The notes: generated by a model not told the origin, from the letters alone. Positions 18,868-29,809 are shown, numbered from the stretch's first letter. The stretch is 64,000 bases of DNA from Sphingobacteriales bacterium (GCA_016699615.1 CP064984.1:590185-654184); one strand, 5' to 3'. A program made the numbers and translations.

Positions 18868-21800
18868 TTAATGGCTCATCATTACCATAAAACTGGATTT
18901 AAAAATTTGGTCTTTAGTTTGAAAAATCAAATAATAGACTCCAGTATTTAAGAATGGAATATCTATCATTTTATATTCTTCATTTTGTGAAATCTTTAAA
19001 TTTCCTACTTGATATAATTTTCCTGTTACATCTACCACAGCTATATTTCCTTCAAGTAATTCATCAGTATTGGTTTTTATGAGAAGTTGATGCTTTCCTT
19101 CAGGAATTAAATTATCAATGATAGTGAATTGTTGTTGTGTATTGAAATTATTTTTAATTGGTGTATTCAATACATTTACCGAATCTGTATAAGTATACAG
19201 AATTTTATTATTTGGAAGAGTATGTTTTATTCTATAATAATTCCATCCGATATCTGGCAAATTATCAGTTATTTCATATTGTAAAGTATCAAACAAGCCG
19301 AATTCTGGAACAATAGTCATCATTGTTTCAAATAGATGATTTTGTTCTGTATGTTTTTCGACATGCATACTTTCTGTTTCATATTCATGAATATTTTTCC
19401 AAGTTAGATATACCACACCATCACTTAAAGTTGCATGAAAATCTATAATACTATCCATAATGTAGTATAAAGTATCAATATTAGAATATTTAATTTGTCC
19501 GTTTGGCAATTGCATCACAATTCTATAAATTGATGAATCTTTAATTGGAAAAAAATCTTTATAGTTATAATTCTCAGAAACACTATTATTGGCTAGAACT
19601 TCCGTTAAAGAATCTAATGTTTCATATATTTTTGCTTTCTGAACAATATATTTTTGTACGTTTTTTTGTTGTGCCAACCAATCTACATTTATAGTTTTAT
19701 TTCCTATCTCAACATTAAAATATAATATAGAATCAGTACAATTCAATAAATATATCGAATCAACACCAACTAAAAAAATTGAATCTGAAAAAGTTATCGC
19801 TTCTAATTTATAATAGTTCTTTCTTACTTGTGAGTTATTATCGTTATATTGATATTGGTCAATTACATTTAGATTATTTTTTGCTGAAATTGTTTTCAAC
19901 AGTGAAAAATTTGAAGTATCATTACTAGATTTGTATATATTATATTTTTTTATGTTTATTTCATTTTTTACTTTCCATGTTAGTATAGCATCACAATAAT
20001 TAGCATCTACATTGAAATTAAAGATTGAATCTTTTGGAAATATATTTGATGTTGTTTTATCCTTATCTACCCAAATTGGACTACTCCATGCCCAAACTTC
20101 TATATTATTAACCTTATTTTTTTGTTTAGCTCTAATGTAGTACATGGAAGTATCTGAATATGTAGAATCCATAAATGAAAAATCAATTACTCTATTATTT
20201 GTTGCTTGAGGTTGTATTCTTTTTATAACATTAAATTTAGGCACACCATTGATATATTGGTTGTTTGTAAAGTCCCATTTAACAACATCTACATATTCTA
20301 TTTCATTTGTACCAGCAACAAAAATTTCTAAGACAGGTTTTAAGTATTGATTAAGTAAAAGCTCATCTCCCATCATTTTGTTATAGATATTAAACTTTAA
20401 TACTATTCTTTCGCCTGTTGTTGCGTATGCATTTCTATTATATAAATGCTGAAATAAATTATTTCTGTTTAAACTATCAGCAAATATTGCTGCACCACCT
20501 GCTTGGTCTCTGAATGCACTTCTAGCAATATGTCCATCACAACTACCAATAATGCCAACTCTTTCTCTTTTAGACCATGCGTCTTGAATAAATGAACCTT
20601 TTATACCACATGCATTAGGATTATTGCTTTTATAAGATAGCGGATGATTATCATCATAGTATTCGCTTAAACCATGTGAACTATATATTTCATATATTCT
20701 TCTATATTTTTTATTATAATATTGATTCCCAAACTGCATAGGTACAGTACATTGAGACAAACATGCAAAACATTTTCCTGTATGGTGTGGTATTGTTAAT
20801 ACTTGTAAGCTTGTATCAACTGTATCAGCAGATGCATAAATCTTTAGCACATTATTATACTCAATTTTATTCCCCCATCTTGGAATCTTCCATATATCTT
20901 CGTCCTTAAAATTAAAAATCATATTGTTGTGTTGCGATGGTGTTGGCATACTATTCTCGTATCCAACAAATGTTATATACCTATTTGGTTGATGGTATTC
21001 TAGAGCTCTTAATTTTATTTTATACCATTCTTGGTCATTTATACCATAATAATCAGTACCACCACCATCTATATGGTCTGTAATACTAAAAAAATCTAAG
21101 CCTTCTGAATTTCTTGTATAGTCATAAGCACCTGAACCTCTTCCATCTCTACTAAATTCTGTATGCGTATGAAAATCTCCCCAATAAATTTTTATACTAT
21201 CATCAGATACATGTATTGGATTGGAAGTATATACTTTATTACCAAACTGGCATGAACATGTATATACACCATCTCTTGTAAATTTTACATACAAATCCTT
21301 AACTCCTTTATCATCATTAGAAATAGATATATAATTATCTACAATAGCATATGGAGTATTACATGATACTTGAATTATTCCAGTTTTTGTTGGAGTTGTA
21401 TTATAAAACTGGTCTGTTAACATAATTTTTAACAATGCTGATTCATTTGCTTTCGCAGTTGATTGTAATACTAAATTTATTTTATGACCAAAATTTTCTT
21501 CTTTTATATGTAGTATTGGTCTATCTCTAATAATTTTAAAATTAGTGTTTCCAAAATTACACATCGTAGCAAAAAAGTCTGTTGTTTTAGAAAGACCTAC
21601 ATTTATATATGATTGTGCTAATCCTGCACCATGCACAATTTGTAGTGTATCCCCAATTTTAAATGTATCAATCAATTTTATGGTTGCAATCAATCCAAAT
21701 GCATCTTTGTCTACCAAATATTGTTGAAGCGTATAACCAATAAATTCATCTCTTGACGGTTGTATATTATTTATAGTTTGTTGTTTTGTAGTATTAATTA

Positions 21801-22101
21801 CTGCTTTAGTGTACCCAGCAGTTACTGCAAAAAGGGCAGGTATAGTTAATGGCTTTCCATCCCATACTGCTGAAATAAATTGTTTTGGTAAAATAATTTT
21901 AAACAATGTATTGGGTAAGATATTTGTCGTGTCATTTACAATATTAAATGTAATCTTTTGTCTTGTATTTACCGTTACAGTATCTGGATTTACAAATGTT
22001 CTAAATGCATTTGTATAACCATCTATTGTTTGTGCAGATAATGAGTCACTAGCAAACAAGCCAACAAGTATATAAGCTATTAAAAAGTAAAAAGATTTCA
22101 T
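18868..22101 (-). CDS. large secreted PHP/DUF3604-like metallohydrolase with three Fn3-like repeats and a T9SS C-terminal sorting domain
   Basis: Signal peptide. Metal-binding motifs YWGDFHTHTEFSRDG, FFSITDH and IPHHTG...SSHG...SCDGH. Three ~100-aa repeats follow, and the C-terminal ~80 aa (GVYYLIFQT...) is typical of T9SS CTDs. Confidence 0.65.
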   Translation of the reverse strand: MKSFYFLIAYILVGLFASDSLSAQTIDGYTNAFRTFVNPDTVTVNTRQKITFNIVNDTTNILPNTLFKIILPKQFISAVWDGKPLTIPALFAVTAGYTKAVINTTKQQTINNIQPSRDEFIGYTLQQYLVDKDAFGLIATIKLIDTFKIGDTLQIVHGAGLAQSYINVGLSKTTDFFATMCNFGNTNFKIIRDRPILHIKEENFGHKINLVLQSTAKANESALLKIMLTDQFYNTTPTKTGIIQVSCNTPYAIVDNYISISNDDKGVKDLYVKFTRDGVYTCSCQFGNKVYTSNPIHVSDDSIKIYWGDFHTHTEFSRDGRGSGAYDYTRNSEGLDFFSITDHIDGGGTDYYGINDQEWYKIKLRALEYHQPNRYITFVGYENSMPTPSQHNNMIFNFKDEDIWKIPRWGNKIEYNNVLKIYASADTVDTSLQVLTIPHHTGKCFACLSQCTVPMQFGNQYYNKKYRRIYEIYSSHGLSEYYDDNHPLSYKSNNPNACGIKGSFIQDAWSKRERVGIIGSCDGHIARSAFRDQAGGAAIFADSLNRNNLFQHLYNRNAYATTGERIVLKFNIYNKMMGDELLLNQYLKPVLEIFVAGTNEIEYVDVVKWDFTNNQYINGVPKFNVIKRIQPQATNNRVIDFSFMDSTYSDTSMYYIRAKQKNKVNNIEVWAWSSPIWVDKDKTTSNIFPKDSIFNFNVDANYCDAILTWKVKNEINIKKYNIYKSSNDTSNFSLLKTISAKNNLNVIDQYQYNDNNSQVRKNYYKLEAITFSDSIFLVGVDSIYLLNCTDSILYFNVEIGNKTINVDWLAQQKNVQKYIVQKAKIYETLDSLTEVLANNSVSENYNYKDFFPIKDSSIYRIVMQLPNGQIKYSNIDTLYYIMDSIIDFHATLSDGVVYLTWKNIHEYETESMHVEKHTEQNHLFETMMTIVPEFGLFDTLQYEITDNLPDIGWNYYRIKHTLPNNKILYTYTDSVNVLNTPIKNNFNTQQQFTIIDNLIPEGKHQLLIKTNTDELLEGNIAVVDVTGKLYQVGNLKISQNEEYKMIDIPFLNTGVYYLIFQTKDQIFKSSFMVMMSH

Positions 22102-22146
22102 AAATTTGTTTTATAATTTACCAAATGTATATAATATATAAATACC

Positions 22147-23865
22147 ATGCATATTAAATATAAACTATTTTCAAAAAAAACATACGCGCATATACTATGT
22201 ATTGATTTACATATAAATAATATCTCATATGACTCATTAGTATTAAAACTTCCTGTGTGGATTCCTGGTAGTTATTTGGTGCGTGAATTTGCTAAAAACA
22301 TAGACTATATCATTGATATTAATACTCAACAGCGTATTAAAAAAACAAATAAAAATACTTGGATTGTTGATACTAAAAATATTGATTCTTTACATTTGCA
22401 ATATCATGTTTATGGTTTTGATTGGAGTGTGCGTACCAATCATATCAATGAAGAACATGCTTTCGTAAATGCAGCAGCATCGTTATTGTATATTGAAAAT
22501 CATGAAAATATTCCGATAGATATAGAAATTGTACCTGATAAAAATTGGAATTCTATATCTTCTAACTTAGAAATATTGAATAATAATATTTGGCAAAGAA
22601 GAGCTAATAATATTCATGATTTATATGATAGTGTATTTGAAATTGGCAATCAACAGATTGTACATTTTAATGTAAAAAACACCACTTATGAAATTGCAAT
22701 GTATGGTAATAACAATTGCAATACTGAACAATTAATCGAAGATTTAAAAAAAATAATTGCATCGCAAATTGAAATATTTGGGCATCATCCATGTGAAAAA
22801 TATTTGTTTATTATTCAACATCGGCTTTTAGGTTTTGGTGGTTTAGAACATTTGAATGCGTCTGTCAATCAGATTCCAAGTTATCATTATCAAGAAAGAG
22901 AAAAATACAGACAAGCTATTGGTCTTCTTTCGCATGAGCATTTCCACTTGTGGAATGTAAAAAGAATAAAACCTAAAGAATTATTACCATATCAATACGA
23001 ACAAGAACAATACACAGAATTACTTTGGTTTTTTGAAGGCATTACAAGCTATTATGATGATTTAACTTGTTATCGAGCAGGCGTTTTCTCAAAAGAAGAA
23101 TATTTGGAAATTGTAGAAAAGTTAATTAATGAAGTTGTTAATCATCCAGGAAATGATGTGCAAACATTAGCAGAAGCAAGTTTTGACGCGTGGATAAAAT
23201 ATTATAGACAAACAGAAAATTCAATCAATTCTGAAGTGAGTTATTATAGAAAAGGTGCTGTTGTTGCTTTACTAATAGATTTATATCTTATATATTATTC
23301 TGATGCTAAATATTGTTTGGACAATATAATGCAAATTCTATTTGCTGAAAGCCAAAAGCCAAATTATTCTGGACTAACTAAAGAAAGAATTATACAAGTA
23401 TTACAACAATTTGTAGATTTTGATTGGAATGATTTTTATGAGAATTATATAGAAAATACAAGACCTTTGCCAGTAGAAGATATTTTTAATTCAATGGAAT
23501 TTTCGTGTATCAATAATCAAAATTCTAGTTATTATTTAGGATTATATTTACAAGAAAAAGGCAATAGTTTTGTCATCAAACAACTAGATAAAAACTATGG
23601 TGCATACAAAGCTGGCTTGCAAGTAAATGATATTATTGTAGAAGTTGACACACAAAATTTTGAAAATAATTTAAGCAGCATTTTACAAGAAAAAAATACT
23701 GGCGACATAGTTATTTTTAAGATTGAAAGAGATGGAAGTATACACAATATTGCAGTTACGCTAACACTTGACTTACGTAAAAACTATTCCATATCTAAAC
23801 CTGAAAACATATCTCAAAATAAATTTGAACAGAAATGGTTGATGCAACTAAATGTAATTAGTTAA
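22147..23865 (+). CDS. M61-family glycyl aminopeptidase with C-terminal PDZ domain
   Basis: HEHFHLWNVKRIKP (HExxH) in the M61 context, plus a C-terminal PDZ-like segment (GAYKAGLQVNDIIVEVD). Confidence 0.8.
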   Translation: MHIKYKLFSKKTYAHILCIDLHINNISYDSLVLKLPVWIPGSYLVREFAKNIDYIIDINTQQRIKKTNKNTWIVDTKNIDSLHLQYHVYGFDWSVRTNHINEEHAFVNAAASLLYIENHENIPIDIEIVPDKNWNSISSNLEILNNNIWQRRANNIHDLYDSVFEIGNQQIVHFNVKNTTYEIAMYGNNNCNTEQLIEDLKKIIASQIEIFGHHPCEKYLFIIQHRLLGFGGLEHLNASVNQIPSYHYQEREKYRQAIGLLSHEHFHLWNVKRIKPKELLPYQYEQEQYTELLWFFEGITSYYDDLTCYRAGVFSKEEYLEIVEKLINEVVNHPGNDVQTLAEASFDAWIKYYRQTENSINSEVSYYRKGAVVALLIDLYLIYYSDAKYCLDNIMQILFAESQKPNYSGLTKERIIQVLQQFVDFDWNDFYENYIENTRPLPVEDIFNSMEFSCINNQNSSYYLGLYLQEKGNSFVIKQLDKNYGAYKAGLQVNDIIVEVDTQNFENNLSSILQEKNTGDIVIFKIERDGSIHNIAVTLTLDLRKNYSISKPENISQNKFEQKWLMQLNVIS

Positions 23866-23867
23866 AA

Positions 23868-25118
23868 CTACTCATGCATAACTACAGCTTTCTCTTTTAA
23901 TTTTTTATGTTCTAATGCAAGCACAGATTCGTAGGTTGCTTGTCTAAGTGCCAATTCTCTTGGATCATTTGCAATATGTGTGCCCATTTTATTCATTACA
24001 TAAGCAAATGAAAGTTGTAAAGTTGGATCTGCAAATGCGCCAGAACCACCAGCACCAAATGTTCCGAACGCTTTATAATCTACACCAAAATCTTGATAAG
24101 GCGAAGGCTTAGCAAAGCCTAATGAAAATGGAATATCTACACCAAGTACCAAATCTATTTTATCAACTTTTGGAGCAATTGGTGGCTTGCTCAATTCTTC
24201 TAATGTTTCTGCTGATATATTTAGTTTTTTCCCACCTGTGGCTAAGTCATTATAAATAGTAGCTAAACTACATGCATTTCCAAATCCAAGTGCAGAACCA
24301 TTTTGCAATGATATATATTTTATATTATTAAAATTATTCAAATTTAATGCAAATGGTGGATTTAGTAAAGATTTATAAAACATAGAAAATGGATTGACAA
24401 TATTCTTAACCAAACGACCAAAATCTCTATTGTCTCCGCCTGTTATTGCATCAGTTGGCGAAAATGGAATACAACTCGCTTTTCTGTTCCAATCTACTTG
24501 AGCTGGAAAACCAATGTATAATTCTATATTTAATGGTTGTGCTATTTCTTCTTGAACAAACTGTGCTAGATTCCTTTTTTGTGGATCAATTCTTTTCATC
24601 AACTCATTTTGGTACATGGCAATGGTCCATGCATGGTAACCTTGCCTATTACCTACTTTCCAATATGGTTTTTGTTTTGCCAAACAATTAGATAGTTTAT
24701 TTTCGTCGCACAATGTTTCATAGTTGAAAGATTTATCATTGCTAAACAAACCTGCTTGGTGCGAAAAAAGTTCTCTTATTGTAATATTCTCTTTTCCATT
24801 AGCTGCAAATTCTGGCCAATAGTGAGCTACCTTTTCATCATAATTGAGTAGTTGTCTGCTATGCAACATTGCCATTGCTATTGAGCTGATACCTTTTGTA
24901 GTAGAAAACAAAATTGATAGTGTATCTGCTGTCCATTCTTGTGTGCGTTTAGAATCTTTAAATCCAGCATACAAATCTACTACCTTCTCACCTTCGAAAA
25001 AAACACAACAACTTGCACCTACTTCTTTTTTATTATAAAAATTGTATTGAAATACATCTCTTACTTTTTCAAATCCTTCTTTTGCATAACCTTTAATTTC
25101 TACAAATTTCTTTGACAT
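23868..25118 (-). CDS. serine hydrolase of the beta-lactamase/esterase (class C-like) family
   Basis: SxxK motif FSTTKGISS; ~416 aa; no signal peptide. Confidence 0.75.
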   Translation of the reverse strand: MSKKFVEIKGYAKEGFEKVRDVFQYNFYNKKEVGASCCVFFEGEKVVDLYAGFKDSKRTQEWTADTLSILFSTTKGISSIAMAMLHSRQLLNYDEKVAHYWPEFAANGKENITIRELFSHQAGLFSNDKSFNYETLCDENKLSNCLAKQKPYWKVGNRQGYHAWTIAMYQNELMKRIDPQKRNLAQFVQEEIAQPLNIELYIGFPAQVDWNRKASCIPFSPTDAITGGDNRDFGRLVKNIVNPFSMFYKSLLNPPFALNLNNFNNIKYISLQNGSALGFGNACSLATIYNDLATGGKKLNISAETLEELSKPPIAPKVDKIDLVLGVDIPFSLGFAKPSPYQDFGVDYKAFGTFGAGGSGAFADPTLQLSFAYVMNKMGTHIANDPRELALRQATYESVLALEHKKLKEKAVVMHE

Positions 25119-25340
25119 AATATTCTTTTATATTAATATATTAAAATAATACAATATTCTAAAAAAGATGTGTACACACAGCATAAATTAGAAATTACAA
25201 TACAAGATAATAAAATACATAATAAATTCACTTAACAAACATTAAGTAATATGCAAATAGAATGTAAGTAAATGAGTAAAAAAATAAGTAATTGGCTAAT
25301 AAAATTTGAAAATAAAATTTTACCTTAGCAAAAAAAACAC

Positions 25341-25718
25341 ATGGAATATCCTGCTACACTCAAATATTCAAAAGAACACGAATGGTTAAAAGTTGAAGGC
25401 GATGAGGCTGTAATTGGCATCAGCGCATTTGCACAAAAAGAACTAGGCGATATTATTTTTGTAGATATTGACACACTTGGTGAAAACTTAGAACAAAACG
25501 AAATATTTGGTTCTGTAGAAGCTGTAAAAACTGTTTCTGATTTATATATGCCAATTTCTGGAGAAATCATTGCAATAAATGAGGCACTAAAAGACAAACC
25601 TGAGTTGGTAAACTCAAAACCATATGATGATGGCTGGATGATAAGAATAAAAATAACAGATGCATCACAAATAGATGGTTTGCTTTCCAGCGAAGATTAT
25701 CAGGCAATAATAGGATAA
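25341..25718 (+). CDS. gcvH: glycine cleavage system protein H
   Basis: YSKEHEWLKVEGDEAVIGISAFAQKELGDIIFVD...VEAVKTVSDLYMPISG contains the lipoyl-lysine motif. Confidence 0.92.
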   Translation: MEYPATLKYSKEHEWLKVEGDEAVIGISAFAQKELGDIIFVDIDTLGENLEQNEIFGSVEAVKTVSDLYMPISGEIIAINEALKDKPELVNSKPYDDGWMIRIKITDASQIDGLLSSEDYQAIIG

Positions 25719-25719
25719 A

Positions 25720-27235
25720 ATGATACAGAAAATAGGTAGATACATTCCTGCAATATTGTGGATTGCATTCCTATTTTATTTGAGTTTTCTGCCAGTAGAT
25801 AAACTTCACAAAGAAGAATTTGAAGAGAAACTACATGTTGCTGAGTTTTGGCACTTAGTTATTTATTTTGCATTATTTAAGTTACTACAATTTAGTAATG
25901 CCTTTAAAAATTGGCAAATTCTAATTTTCTGTATTTGTTTTTCTATCTCAATAGAAACCTTACAATACTTTTTTGTTCAAGGTCAACAATTTAAAATTAC
26001 AGAAATAATTGCTGCAATAGTTTCATCATTATTGACTTATTATTTTGCTAGTAAAGAAAAAGTTGTAGAAGAAAAAAACATAGAAACAGCCAAAAATGTA
26101 TTTCATTTCAAACATTTAGATTCTTTGCGTGCTATAGGTTGTTGGTATATTTCTATTGCACATATACTTATATTTATTTCAAATTATAAATTACATAAAA
26201 TTCCTATTGAGGAAAATGGTTTTATTGTACAATTTGGGCATATGTTTATCAGTACATTTTTTGTATTGAGTGGTTTTCTAATCTCTTATTTTTTAATTAA
26301 AGAGAAAATCAAGACAAATAAAATAGACATCAAGAAATTTTATATCAGAAGAGCATTTAGAATTTTGCCTGTGTATTTAGTTGGATTATTTGTAATTGCA
26401 TTAATCTATCATCTTATATGCTCGCATATGATAAAGAATGGTTTAACAGATGGAACATTCGGAAATATGTGTTACAATCTAAATGAAAGATTTTTATTGT
26501 ACATAACAATGCTACCTAATGTTGCTTTCTGCTTTGATAGAGTGTATTTTCATCTAAGTAATTATTGGTCTATTGGTGTTGAAGAGCAGTTTTATATTTT
26601 GTGGCCAATTATATTATTATTTTCAAAAAACATTTTCAATTCATTAAGAAATATTTTCATCATTTACACTATTCTACTTATTATCACATTTGCAATTAGT
26701 TTTGGTGCAGCAGAAACAGATACATCTTATCGTATATTTAAGCTAGTATATATTACAAGATTTGCTTGCGTTTGCATTTGGTGGATTTTGTGCTTATGCT
26801 GTTATTAATATTAATCAATTTGAAAAAACAAAATTATATCAAATTATCATTTCAAAATACACACAATTTATAGCATTTATACTTCTAATTATTTTTTCAT
26901 TTATAAAAAACGAATTTATTTTTGCATTTAAGCATGTATTAATAATTATACCTTGCAATGCAATAATAATTTTCAACATGGCAATAAATAAAAACAATTT
27001 ATTTAATATTGAAAATAAATTTCTAAACTATGTTGGTATGACAACATATAGTATGTACGCATATAATTTAATTTTCCTAGATATGTTTGTTGGTATGACT
27101 AAAAATATTTTTAAAACTAACAATATTATCATCTTGATAATTGTACCACTAACTTTGCTTACTTTAGTATCTATTGCATCTTATAAGTACATTGAAATTA
27201 AATTTTTGAATATTAGAAAAAAATATTTCGACTAA
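25720..27235 (+). pseudogene. VanZ-like domain fused to acyltransferase-3 (OafA-type) membrane protein, frameshifted as sequenced
   Basis: ORFs 25720..26808 and 26762..27235. Removing one T from the T3 run at 26761..26763 yields ...LVYITRLLAFAFGGFCAYAV.... The N-terminal ~115 aa is VanZ-like and the rest is 10-TM AT3-like (FKHLDSLRAIGC...). Confidence 0.6.
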
Positions 27236-27272
27236 TCGTATTTTGTTGTCTTAATTTCATAATTTTGAACTC

Positions 27273-28031
27273 ATGTTAGAATTTTTATTAGAAGGATTAT
27301 CAATACAACAAGCACTATTAATTGTACTAAATCTAATTCTTATTGAAAGCCTATTATCAGTAGATAATGCAGCTGTTTTAGCTACTATGGTAATGGACTT
27401 ACCAAAAGAACAAAGAGCAAAAGCATTAAAATATGGAATAATTGGTGCTTATGTTTTTAGAGGTATTTGTTTGTTGTTGGCTGCTTGGTTAATTAAAATT
27501 TGGTGGCTGAAACCACTAGGTGGATTATATCTAATATATTTATTTTTAGATTATATATACAAAAAAAACAAACCTAAAGTAGACGAAGAAGAAGTTGTAA
27601 AAAAAGAAAGTAAACTTTACAAATATACTTTTGGACTTTTTGGAAAATTTTGGGCAACTGTAATACTTGTAGAAGTAATGGATTTAGCATTTTCATTAGA
27701 CAATGTTTTTGCTGCGGTTGCATTCACAGAAAATATAAAACTAATCTGGATAGGTGTTTTTATTGGCATATTAGCTATGCGTTTTGTGGCACAAAGCTTT
27801 GTAAAACTAATGGAGAAATATCCATTTTTAGAAACTGCAGCATTTTCAGTAATAGGTATTTTGGGTATCAAGCTGTTTTTGGCATTGCCTGCACATTTCT
27901 TTCATGAAAGTCCAGTTTTTAGATTTATAGAAAGTGAAAAATTTGATTTAGTAATTTCAATAGTTACATTCCTAACTTTCTTTATTCCAATTATGACGTC
28001 TAGGTTCTTCAATTTTCCTAAACACAAATAA
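27273..28031 (+). CDS. TerC/DUF475-type integral membrane protein
   Basis: LLSVDNAAVLATMV and FSLDNVFAAVAF are duplicated signature motifs. The protein has 7 TM helices. Confidence 0.7.
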   Translation: MLEFLLEGLSIQQALLIVLNLILIESLLSVDNAAVLATMVMDLPKEQRAKALKYGIIGAYVFRGICLLLAAWLIKIWWLKPLGGLYLIYLFLDYIYKKNKPKVDEEEVVKKESKLYKYTFGLFGKFWATVILVEVMDLAFSLDNVFAAVAFTENIKLIWIGVFIGILAMRFVAQSFVKLMEKYPFLETAAFSVIGILGIKLFLALPAHFFHESPVFRFIESEKFDLVISIVTFLTFFIPIMTSRFFNFPKHK

Positions 28032-29809
28032 CTAAGCATCTAACGTAAGGTCAAATTTTTGTATAAGATACCTTACACTTTCGTTTGACTCATACAATTC
28101 TTTTGCTCTTTCTCTAGGAACTTTATACACTGGCTCTTCGTTTTTTGGCTTCTGCAAAACAATCTCAAGTTCTAACTGTTTTGTATTGGTATGTTCCAAA
28201 AAGAATGTAATAATACTTGACTTATTGAGTTGCATCATTTCTAAATTGATATTGCTACTTGCAGTAACTAATATTTTATTTTTCTCAAAAACTGGTTGTT
28301 GGTTTTGAATGATATTTAGATATGAATTTTGGGCATTTGGTTTTATAAAACTTATATACTCATCCCAAAATGCAACTATGTTTTCTGAGTTTAATTCTGG
28401 TTTTTCTTTTTGTTGTATATTTTTATCATCATTAATTTCTGCAATTATACTTGTTAATGATGATTTTTTTGCAAGAATTTTCTTAGCTGATGAATTTTGT
28501 GTTGATTCATCTTCATGAGAAACATTTTTTATTTCTACTTTTTTTTCTTCAACTTGAGGTTGCTCAAGTTTAGTTTCAACTTTAGGAATTTCTACTTCTT
28601 CCTCAATAATTTTTACAACTTGATTTTTGTCTATAGTTTGTTTAGACTTTATTCTTTCAAGAAGTAATTTTAGTTTTTTTTTTCGCCTAAAATGAGTTCT
28701 AAAGTATTTTCGATTTGTGTATTTAAGAAGCAAATTTTTAATAAAAACAATTCAACATGTAGTCTTTTATTTTTTGCTTGTTTGTATTGTACATCACATT
28801 CATTCAGATAACTCAATGCATTGAGCAAAAATGTTTCTTCTATGATTTCTGCTTGCGTTAAATATTTTTGAGTTACAGATTCGCTCTTTTCTAATAACTG
28901 AATTGTTTCTGGATTTTTACTGACTAAAAGATTTCTAAAATGCTCACTCAAACCAGCAATAAATATTTCGCCATCAAAGCCATTTCTAATTATTTCATCA
29001 AATGAATTAAGCACAGCAGCACTGTCTTGTGTCATGAAATAATCAGTTATTTTAAAATAATAATCATAATCTAATATATTTAGATTTTTAATTACATCTT
29101 GATAAGTTACTTCGTTACCTGCAAAACTTACAATTTTATCAAACAATGAAAGTGCATCACGCAAACCACCATCAGCTTTTTCTGCAATAATATGTAATGC
29201 TGCATCTTCTGCAACTACATGTTCTTCTTTCGCAATAAATTCTAATTGTTTTACTATATCTTGATTGGAAATTCTTTTGAAATCGAATATTTGGCATCGA
29301 GATAAAATGGTAGGAATGATTTTATGTTTTTCAGTTGTTGCTAAAATAAAAATAGCATAGCTTGGTGGCTCTTCTAATGTTTTTAAGAATGCATTGAACG
29401 CACCAGCACTTAGCATATGTACCTCATCTATGATATACACTTTGTATTTTCCTGATTGTGGTGCAAAACGCACTTGATCTACCAAAGTTCTAATATCATC
29501 AACACTATTGTTGGATGCAGCATCTAGCTCAAAAATATTAAATGATGCATTTTGAGAAAATGATTTGCAAGAATTACATTCATTACAAGGTTCAAAATTC
29601 TCAGATGGTTGTTCGCAATTTATAGCTTTTGCCAAAATTCTTGCACAAGTAGTTTTACCAACACCACGTGGTCCACAGAATAAAAATGATTGTGCTAATT
29701 TTCCTGTAGATAATGCTTTTTTTAAAGTCTCTGATACTTGAGCTTGTCCAACTACGTCAGAAAAACGCATTGGTCTGTATTTTCTTGCGGAAACAATAAA
29801 ATTATCCAT
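28032..29809 (-). CDS. dnaX: DNA polymerase III subunits gamma/tau, encoded in two frames joined at an A10 tract
   Basis: ORF 29809->28670 carries the Walker A motif GPRGVGKTT, a Cys4 module (CEQPSENFEPCNECNSC) and the SRC motif TILSRCQ. The -1 frame continues from the A-run to 28032 with a tau-like C-terminal region. Confidence 0.85.
28674..28683 (-). other. A10 slippery tract (T10 on plus strand) at the dnaX frame junction
   Basis: The minus strand reads GGC GAA AAA AAA AAC TAA. One extra A or a -1 shift gives GAA AAA AAA AAA CUA AAA UUA = EKKKLKL, continuous with the downstream ORF. Confidence 0.7.

Noticed and set aside
25119-25340. A glycine riboswitch in the 220-bp leader upstream of gcvH.
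   Set aside because: The region is almost pure A/T. It lacks the GC-containing conserved cores (GGAGAG...CACCG-type) and the paired helices expected of glycine aptamers.
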